Shown piece after piece: positions 57,713 through 64,000 of a stretch of DNA of 64,000 nt. The position numbers and the translations under genes were made by a program. The first letter of the stretch is position 1, and every line of letters begins with the position of its first letter. Under the pieces are notes generated by a model. That model was not told the DNA's origin. It was given only the letters and a program-made list of their open reading frames with translations, and did no database searches. The stretch lies in sequence record OK254198.1, one strand, 5' to 3'. The DNA comes from Escherichia phage PSD2001.

Positions 57713-57931
57713 TTAATCAAAGTATTCATATGCAAACCAGGCATTGTGTCTGTTCGCGATTATTTTAACATATTCTTCACCGAAAGCGTTTTGTAAGTCA
57801 CGTTCAGTAACAAGGTGTTCATCTTTCGAAAAGGTATTAACTAACACATACCGTTTAATTTCAGGGACAGCCAGTAAATGCTGCCCGGTTAAAAAATTGC
57901 TCATAAATAATATTATCCGTTGCAGTATCAA
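57713..57931 (-). CDS. hypothetical protein (72 aa), 45.2-like position
   Basis: ORF track. Confidence 0.5.
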   Translation of the reverse strand: MILQRIILFMSNFLTGQHLLAVPEIKRYVLVNTFSKDEHLVTERDLQNAFGEEYVKIIANRHNAWFAYEYFD

Positions 57932-58666
57932 ACAAGGGTCTGATATGAATTATAACATCATTTACCAAAAGCTTATTAGCAGAGCATTGAATCGCAAATT
58001 AACCACATACTCTGAAAGTCATCACATTATACCCCGTTGTATGGGTGGGGCAGACGATGCTTCAAATCTTGTTGATTTAACTCCCGAGGAACATTTCGTT
58101 TGTCATCAACTGTTGGTCAAAATGCATCCAAATAATGCTTCTTTGGTCTATGCCGCGCGCATGATGACAGTTTCCTCACCAAACGCCGACAGAAGCAAAA
58201 ACAAATTATTTGGATGGCTTCGTCGTAAAAACTTGGAAGCTCAACAAAATAAAATTTTCTCCGATGAAACCAGAAAGAAAATGTCAGAATCCGCCAAATT
58301 AAAACCGAGAGTTGAATGTCCACACTGTGGAAAAACCGGTCTCGTTGGCAATATGAATCGTTGGCATTTTGATAACTGTTCCAAAGGTCCAAACAAGGTT
58401 GTTCATACTATTCCAGAAAAACAAAAGCAAAAAATTTCAGTAGGATTAAAACAAGCTAAACATGAAATTTTAACTTGTGAATTTTGTGGTCTTGAAGGTA
58501 AAAAGTGTGTTATATCCACTCACCAACAATTCTGCAAATCCAATCCAAACCGGAAGAAAAAGGTGGACCCCAAAATTCAGTGTCCACATTGTAATGTAGT
58601 CGGTACGCCAGCCAATATGAAACGTTGGCATTTTGATAACTGCAAAATGAAGCCTCAATAAGAGGC
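57932..58666 (+). mobile_element. putative homing endonuclease insertion between 45.2 and 46
   Basis: Single oppositely oriented HNH gene filling an intergenic slot in a conserved replication gene block; boundaries inferred. Confidence 0.5.
57945..58661 (+). CDS. free-standing HNH homing endonuclease (mob-like) with tandem zinc-binding repeats
   Basis: 238 aa from internal Met; HNH motif SHHIIPRCMGGADDASNLVDLTPEEHFVCH; repeats CPHCGKTGLVGNMNRWHFDNC / CPHCNVVGTPANMKRWHFDNC; opposite strand to all neighbours. Confidence 0.8.
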   Translation: MNYNIIYQKLISRALNRKLTTYSESHHIIPRCMGGADDASNLVDLTPEEHFVCHQLLVKMHPNNASLVYAARMMTVSSPNADRSKNKLFGWLRRKNLEAQQNKIFSDETRKKMSESAKLKPRVECPHCGKTGLVGNMNRWHFDNCSKGPNKVVHTIPEKQKQKISVGLKQAKHEILTCEFCGLEGKKCVISTHQQFCKSNPNRKKKVDPKIQCPHCNVVGTPANMKRWHFDNCKMKPQ

Positions 58667-60349
58667 TCATTCCAGAACAGTAAATCGACCGACTTTTTTC
58701 ATTTGAAGATGCTGCCCATATGCTTCTGGGTCGTGTTCACGATGGCTAATGATAAACACGTTTTGACCTTCCAATTTATTAATAATTGCCTGGATAGCTT
58801 TGATGCCTTCGGCGTCAGTGGCTGAATCCATGACCTCATCCAGAATCAACGTACTAATTTGCACACCAGATACTTTCGCAGCAATATCACGCCATGTAAA
58901 CAGCAATGCAATATCGATACGAGCTTTTTCGCCCTGGCTAAATGATGCATAGCTGAAGTCTTCACGTCCACGAGATTTAATCGTTTCGTTGAACTCTTCA
59001 TCTAACGTAAAACTATAATCAGCTTCCATAACTTTAAGGTAAGCGTTTATCTGCTTATTAAAGATAGGAATATATTTCTTAATAATCGCACCTTTGATAC
59101 CAGAATCTTTCAACATATCCGTTAGGATGCCACGTTGATATTTTTCCATCACAAGGTCAGATTTCTGTTTGACTATTTTATCAAGCTGGTCTTGAAGCAT
59201 TTTAATGTCTGCTGCATGGTCAATAAATTCTGACTTAGCTTGCTCGATTAATGCTTTAACCTTTTTAGCCTTTTCAACAGTCTGGACTAAGGTTTGTTTC
59301 TTAGTTTGAATGTCTTGGGCTATTGTACGCTGGTTTTGTCTTGCAGCAGAATACGTATCAAATTGCTCCTGAACAGCATTCTGACGAGCTTTATGCTTAT
59401 CAGCTGATGCATTACATTCTTCAATCTTTGACTCAATCCTGGCGACAATGGGGTCTCCTGGATGCAACTGACTGGCACAAGTCTGACAGCAACCACCTTT
59501 CTCGTACAGACCAACAACCTTTCGGTAATCGTCAATCTTCGATTTAATCAGGAATGATTCCTGCTTTAACTTCGTGAGTTCATGCTCAGGGTCTTCTCCC
59601 AAGATTATCTCGGTCAGTCTTGTCGTTGCTTCTTCGATAGTCGTTTTGATTCCACGTGCTTCCGTGGCAAGTTCATCATACATCGTTTGCAGCCGCAACA
59701 GATTATCACCTGATAATTTTCTTTGACGGTCTTCGTTGTCCTGATAGATTTTAATCTGTTGAACAATACCATCATGCTGCACATCCATCACCTGGATTTG
59801 ACTATTGACTTCGCGGATAAGAGATTTGTTCAGCTTATCCATATCGGCCAGTACAGAAACCTCTAAAAGGTCTTCGACAAGTTTTCTTCTTGCAGGAGTG
59901 GATAGGCCCATAAAAGGGGTATATCCAGCTGTGCCGAGTACGACAATCTGTTTGAAGCTTGCATAGGACATTCCGATAAGCTGTTCAAATTCTGCTTGGA
60001 AGTCTTTACTGCTGGCAGATTCATCAAGACGTTTACCGCCACAAGAGATTTCAAAAACATTGGGTTTTTGCCCGCGTTTGATATAGTATTCTTTTCCATC
60101 ATATTCCATCCACAATTCAACGAGCATATCTTTTTTGTTGCTCGAGTTAATCAACTGGCCTTTCTTTACATCACGGAAAGGCTTACCGAACATAGCAAAG
60201 GTAACCGCTTCAAGGAACGTAGATTTACCCGCACCATTCTTACCGGTGACCAGAGTTTTTTGGACTTTATCCAGTTCAACAGTAATCGGTTGAGCACCAA
60301 CCGACATAATATTTTTATAGATAACTTTCTTAAGCTTAAAAGTCTTCAC
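58667..60349 (-). CDS. 46: recombination endonuclease subunit gp46 (Rad50/SbcC-like ATPase)
   Basis: 560 aa; Walker A GKNGAGKSTFLEA; coiled-coil middle; same length as T4 gp46. Confidence 0.95.
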   Translation of the reverse strand: MKTFKLKKVIYKNIMSVGAQPITVELDKVQKTLVTGKNGAGKSTFLEAVTFAMFGKPFRDVKKGQLINSSNKKDMLVELWMEYDGKEYYIKRGQKPNVFEISCGGKRLDESASSKDFQAEFEQLIGMSYASFKQIVVLGTAGYTPFMGLSTPARRKLVEDLLEVSVLADMDKLNKSLIREVNSQIQVMDVQHDGIVQQIKIYQDNEDRQRKLSGDNLLRLQTMYDELATEARGIKTTIEEATTRLTEIILGEDPEHELTKLKQESFLIKSKIDDYRKVVGLYEKGGCCQTCASQLHPGDPIVARIESKIEECNASADKHKARQNAVQEQFDTYSAARQNQRTIAQDIQTKKQTLVQTVEKAKKVKALIEQAKSEFIDHAADIKMLQDQLDKIVKQKSDLVMEKYQRGILTDMLKDSGIKGAIIKKYIPIFNKQINAYLKVMEADYSFTLDEEFNETIKSRGREDFSYASFSQGEKARIDIALLFTWRDIAAKVSGVQISTLILDEVMDSATDAEGIKAIQAIINKLEGQNVFIISHREHDPEAYGQHLQMKKVGRFTVLE

Positions 60350-60564
60350 AAAAGATTCCTTTTAATGTATCTTTTAGACCATTCTATCATATCATCATAA
60401 TCTAAAAAGCATTCATCAAATTCAGCCATGCAAACCACTCCCTGCGCCGTTTTTGATGTGATATAAATTATTCCGACATATCTCGAATCTTCTTCGGTAT
60501 AATCAATATTTGCTACAAATTCATCATCAAGATTAAATTCAAAAGTCTTCATCATAATAAGCAT
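60346..60564 (-). CDS. hypothetical protein (72 aa), 46.1-like
   Basis: ORF track. Confidence 0.5.
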   Translation of the reverse strand: MLIMMKTFEFNLDDEFVANIDYTEEDSRYVGIIYITSKTAQGVVCMAEFDECFLDYDDMIEWSKRYIKRNLL

Positions 60565-60802
60565 CCTTGATGCATGATTCAGCCATATGAATTAATGTCT
60601 CTGGGGTATCATCTTCCATTACATTAAAGCTAAATTCTACGGCCCAATCGGTGACTACATAGACTTTGATAAGTTGACCGGTTTCCCGGTCAGTGATAGC
60701 TTCAAACCAATACTTAATAGTATTCGGTTGATTATCGTCGTCAACCACATCACATTCGCGGATATGTTCAAGACCCGCTTCATTAAAATCATAAAGTCTC
60801 AC
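60539..60802 (-). CDS. hypothetical protein (87 aa), 46.2-like
   Basis: ORF track. Confidence 0.5.
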   Translation of the reverse strand: MRLYDFNEAGLEHIRECDVVDDDNQPNTIKYWFEAITDRETGQLIKVYVVTDWAVEFSFNVMEDDTPETLIHMAESCIKDAYYDEDF

Positions 60803-61818
60803 GGTTGCACCTCAAGGTATAATTTGTTGGCCAATGCTTTGAGAGCTTTTGACTCTTTCTCATTGGCGTCAGGTAATGCATCGATATATTCTGCCATCAT
60901 ATCTGTTAAGCGTTTTATGTCTAACTCTTCATCAGAGTCTGATGTGTCAACACTGTTATCAACCTTATTGACAACACGCAATTCATGCACACGCTTTTCT
61001 AATTCAGATTCAAACTTGGTCAGGTCTTTATCGACTTTTTCTACAATAACACGGACTGATAAGTCTTTGAAGTCGTCGTAATTAATAGTTTCGTTTGGAT
61101 AGAAAATCTTCCGATGCCAGGTGGTTTCATTCGGAATAAATTTCATCTCTTCGGTTTCTGTATCAAATTCCCAGAATCCGCGCGGGTCATTCTCATCACC
61201 TGCTGTTAATGTCCATGGTGTCCCGATGTACTTAACGTTTGCAGCTTCTGAAATTGTGTGGAAGTGACCAGACCAAACTTGCTTGTACTTCTTAAGGAAA
61301 TCAGGCTCAAGTCCGTGAGATTTCAATCCTTTATAGAAATAAAACCCAGTTAATTCCCAGTGACCGATGCAATATTCAGCCCCAGAAGTTTTGATGTGTT
61401 GATGAATGTCAGTTGCGTTCTCGTCGCACATCCATGGAATCATATCAATCTGGCAACCGTCAAAATCAACAGTCGTTGGCTTATCATAGATTTTAACATG
61501 GTCATACTTATTCAGGAGTTCGGTGATAGCATTAGGATGAATCTTATTCTTCAGATTCATGTCATGATTCCCGACTATCGTGTGCATAGTAATTCCTGCT
61601 TCACGAAGGAGTTCCATAATCTCACGGCTGAATTCCATCGTCTTATGCGTTACGGCCTTACGGACGTCAAAAATATCCCCATATTGAATCCAGACTTTAA
61701 TCCCATTCGCTTTGGAATATGCAATCGCTTGTAAAATACCATCGCGTTGAATGTTTTGAGCCCATGGGTCGTCAGCTTTGACACCTAAGTGCCAATCACC
61801 TAAATTTAAAATTTTCAT
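60799..61818 (-). CDS. 47: recombination endonuclease subunit gp47 (Mre11/SbcD-like)
   Basis: 339 aa from internal Met MKILNLGDWHLG (phosphoesterase motif I); GNHD motif. Confidence 0.93.
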   Translation of the reverse strand: MKILNLGDWHLGVKADDPWAQNIQRDGILQAIAYSKANGIKVWIQYGDIFDVRKAVTHKTMEFSREIMELLREAGITMHTIVGNHDMNLKNKIHPNAITELLNKYDHVKIYDKPTTVDFDGCQIDMIPWMCDENATDIHQHIKTSGAEYCIGHWELTGFYFYKGLKSHGLEPDFLKKYKQVWSGHFHTISEAANVKYIGTPWTLTAGDENDPRGFWEFDTETEEMKFIPNETTWHRKIFYPNETINYDDFKDLSVRVIVEKVDKDLTKFESELEKRVHELRVVNKVDNSVDTSDSDEELDIKRLTDMMAEYIDALPDANEKESKALKALANKLYLEVQP

Positions 61819-61958
61819 AAGCCAAGCACCGTTATCGCAATGCAAAATAAAATTACTGAAATGAACCCGTCAGGAGTAGAAAAGAATCCTATCCAACAAG
61901 CTCTTGTGAATGTGTAGAATGCCATGAATAACACGACATATCCTAAAAATAATTCCAT
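61815..61958 (-). CDS. small membrane protein (47 aa), translationally coupled to gene 47; not in ORF track
   Basis: GAGGAG RBS; stop overlaps the gp47 ATG; hydrophobic. Confidence 0.4.
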   Translation of the reverse strand: MELFLGYVVLFMAFYTFTRACWIGFFSTPDGFISVILFCIAITVLGL

Positions 61959-62008
61959 ATACTCTCCTCAGTTGGTTCATTTTATCATCCCGAATATAAA
62001 GCAAAAAA

Positions 62009-62027
62009 GGAAGCGCTAGGCTTCCTT
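62009..62027 (-). terminator. stem-loop terminator in the 47-55 region
   Basis: aggaagcGCTAggcttcct + T-run. Confidence 0.5.
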
Positions 62028-62189
62028 TCCAATTAATACACCGTACAGAGGTTCGTGAGAAGACCTGAACTTGATAGGCTTATAGGTAATAGTACCTTCA
62101 TTTTCTGCTTTAATGCGAGCGGCTTCAAATTGAAGAATCATCTCGTTTTTGTCAGATTTAATCTTATCAAAATCCATCGAATTCATCAT
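62016..62189 (-). CDS. hypothetical small protein (57 aa); not in ORF track
   Basis: Hand-translated; AAGAGG RBS; coordinates approximate (+/-1). Confidence 0.3.
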   Translation of the reverse strand: MMNSMDFDKIKSDKNEMILQFEAARIKAENEGTITYKPIKFRSSHEPLYGVLIGKEA

Positions 62190-62247
62190 TCATATAACCT
62201 CTTAAACTTTTTCGTATTCGTCGTTCATTAGCCTGCTGTCCATGTTA

Positions 62248-62454
62248 TCATCGTTGCCACCATTTCTTAAGTTGATGTGAGTCTACCCAAACTTTGGATG
62301 TCGGCTCAATTTTAACAATACCTTTTGGAACACCATAAGGGCCAAGGAGCTTACATTCGGTTTCGGTCTGCTTGATACAGATATCACCATATGAGCGAAA
62401 TCTGAAAGCGGCCCCTACACGAAGCCGCTTAAACGGTTTATTTACTAATGCCAT
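62248..62454 (-). CDS. hypothetical protein (68 aa)
   Basis: ORF track. Confidence 0.45.
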   Translation of the reverse strand: MALVNKPFKRLRVGAAFRFRSYGDICIKQTETECKLLGPYGVPKGIVKIEPTSKVWVDSHQLKKWWQR

Positions 62455-62749
62455 TTACGATTTCCCAAATTTGTTTGCGAGTAGTTTCCCACATCAACTT
62501 AATCAGGTCTTCCGTAACTGGTTGGCGGTAAATTCCACGCAGTTTAACTAAAGCATATTTGTATGCTTCAAAATTGTTTTCCAGCACTGCCCCTTGAGCA
62601 TGCTTATTCAGTCGTGCAATTTCACGAGCATTCTTTTTCAGAATCTTTGCTGCTTGACTCTGTGCTTCGAGTGCGTTCGCTTCTTCGAGACGTTCCTGTG
62701 CTTCTTCAATCTGCTTATCGGTCAGTTGAGAAATATCTGGAGCTTGCAT
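62438..62749 (-). CDS. hypothetical protein (103 aa)
   Basis: ORF track. Confidence 0.5.
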   Translation of the reverse strand: MQAPDISQLTDKQIEEAQERLEEANALEAQSQAAKILKKNAREIARLNKHAQGAVLENNFEAYKYALVKLRGIYRQPVTEDLIKLMWETTRKQIWEIVNGISK

Positions 62750-62750
62750 A

Positions 62751-63002
62751 TTAATCCTTGGGAGTTAACTCAATTGTAAAATATAGATTAGCATTATCCA
62801 CATGATAACGGTAATCAACGTTATTATCCGGTGAAGTAAATTCCAGATTCCGGACGTTTAAAGGGTCGATATCAATTGGAAGACCTTTTATGTCTCGTAG
62901 ATAAAGTTTAATGAAATATGGGAGAGCCGTAAAGTCTTCCTCGATTTTATCTAAAAAATCGGTAATATCAAATTGATGTTCCATATAAAAAATCCAAATC
63001 AC
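62751..63002 (-). CDS. hypothetical protein (83 aa)
   Basis: ORF track. Confidence 0.45.
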   Translation of the reverse strand: MIWIFYMEHQFDITDFLDKIEEDFTALPYFIKLYLRDIKGLPIDIDPLNVRNLEFTSPDNNVDYRYHVDNANLYFTIELTPKD

Positions 63003-63525
63003 CCTCTTTATCTTTGGCGCTCTTATCAGACCCTGGCGCTTTAACTAAAGAGGATTCGTACTGTGTCATTTTGTCATAGATGTCCTGGATAAATGTTTCA
63101 TCAGCCAGAGCCACCATATCGTCGTCACGTGAATCATATACGTTATGGACGAAGTAGCTATATTTCTTTGCCATTTCTTTACGTTCTTTTTTGATACGCT
63201 GAACGAAAGCATTGAAGCAAGCCATTGTTATGTAAGCATGTGGATTATCGTATTTTGTTTCGTCGAAGTTGTGAAGACCTTTTATTGCGGCCTCAATTCC
63301 GTCTGCTATCATTTCTTGCTTCCAGGATTGGGTATATCCGGAGAAGTTGAAACGTTTGCTAAGACCTTCGGCTATAAGCATAATCGCCAGACCGATAACA
63401 TCGTTCTGGCGAATAATTTTGTTCGGGTCGGTGTTCGCATTCAGCTTCTGTTTCCACTCCGAAATAGCTTTCAAAAGCTCTTTATTATTTACATAGTTAT
63501 TCTTGGTTAATTTAATTTCGTTCAT
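62968..63525 (-). CDS. 55: late sigma factor gp55
   Basis: 185 aa; ...[13 protein letters not shown].......[111 protein letters not shown] matches T4 gp55. Confidence 0.95.
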   Translation of the reverse strand: MNEIKLTKNNYVNNKELLKAISEWKQKLNANTDPNKIIRQNDVIGLAIMLIAEGLSKRFNFSGYTQSWKQEMIADGIEAAIKGLHNFDETKYDNPHAYITMACFNAFVQRIKKERKEMAKKYSYFVHNVYDSRDDDMVALADETFIQDIYDKMTQYESSLVKAPGSDKSAKDKEGDLDFLYGTSI

Positions 63526-63573
63526 ATCGCCTCACTTAGTATATGAATATTATATCATCCTTAATACAAAGCA

Positions 63574-63840
63574 TTAGCGAAGTAAACAGTAAGCCTGGAA
63601 GACCTTCTCCATAATTGCCTTAAATTCATGGATGTCAATATAAGGGATAACCTCGGCATCACTAATGAATTCCATCAGACGGTCATGCTCGTTGCGGTAT
63701 TGTCCTTCATTCAACATACTGATATGGGACTCCCAAGAGCCATACCCTTCTGCGTGTGGGAAGAATGTTATTTTCATGAATTCATCCACCCAAAACGTTC
63801 CCAGGTCCTGGATGGATATCATTGTATGATTGATGTGCAT
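63574..63840 (-). CDS. hypothetical protein (88 aa), 55.1-like
   Basis: ORF track. Confidence 0.5.
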   Translation of the reverse strand: MHINHTMISIQDLGTFWVDEFMKITFFPHAEGYGSWESHISMLNEGQYRNEHDRLMEFISDAEVIPYIDIHEFKAIMEKVFQAYCLLR

Positions 63841-64000
63841 CAGTACACCATCTGGGCAGCTTCTAAAACATCGTCAAGCTTATCAAACTGGTCAACATAA
63901 TCAATCCCACCTACTTCATCTTTAGCATACAACCAATACTGGTGGAATTCATATTCAATAATAAAGTGGTCACCTTCAATCTGGAGAACCCCATCACCAT
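63840..64000 (-). CDS. C-terminal fragment of a hypothetical protein (gene starts beyond the window end)
   Basis: Open frame to the window edge ending ...DKLDDVLEAAQMVY; stop overlaps the next ATG by 1 nt. Confidence 0.4.
   Translation of the reverse strand, partial: GDGVLQIEGDHFIIEYEFHQYWLYAKDEVGGIDYVDQFDKLDDVLEAAQMVY

Noticed and set aside
57744-57944. 5' extension of the plus-strand HNH ORF
   Set aside because: It overlaps the minus-strand 45.2-like gene; the internal Met at 57945 gives a complete HNH protein, so the extension is read-through.

Overview
This window is a contiguous segment of a T4-like (Tevenvirinae/Straboviridae-type) myophage genome, colinear with T4 from nrdA to gene 55. 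Gene order: nrdA (partial), td, frd, 32, 59, 33, dsbA, rnh on the minus strand; the late tail-fibre/lysis block 34-35-36-37-38-t on the plus strand; then asiA, arn-like, motA, 52, ndd, rIIB, rIIA, 39, dexA, dda, modA/modB-like, soc, 56, 61, sp, 41, 40, uvsX, imm, 43, regA, 62, 44, 45, 46, 47, 55 on the minus strand. About 110 CDS are called; core assignments rest on clear protein-level resemblance to T4 proteins recalled from memory (no database search was possible), and small ORFs absent from the supplied track were translated by hand and may be off by 1-3 nt. No rRNA, tRNA or CRISPR array was seen. Regulatory signals are rich: T4-type late promoters (TATAAATA), one MotA-box middle promoter, a family of at least 12 repeated early-promoter/leader cassettes on the minus strand, and many GC hairpin terminators with a CGAA-type loop. 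The most interesting features are: (1) an imm / small membrane protein / lipoprotein module occupying the slot where T4 has beta-gt and gene 42, with no hydroxymethylase or glucosyltransferase at any canonical locus in the window; (2) a free-standing HNH endonuclease on the opposite strand between 45 and 46; (3) accessory islands (ndd-rIIB, 39-dexA, modB-soc, 61-41) packed with small ORFs, paralogous pairs, lipoprotein and zinc-ribbon genes that are candidate anti-defence or superinfection-exclusion functions; (4) a T2/T6-type adhesin module (gp37 with C-terminal chaperone-like domain plus glycine-rich gp38). No single novel system could be proven from sequence alone; the candidates are ranked in the findings.
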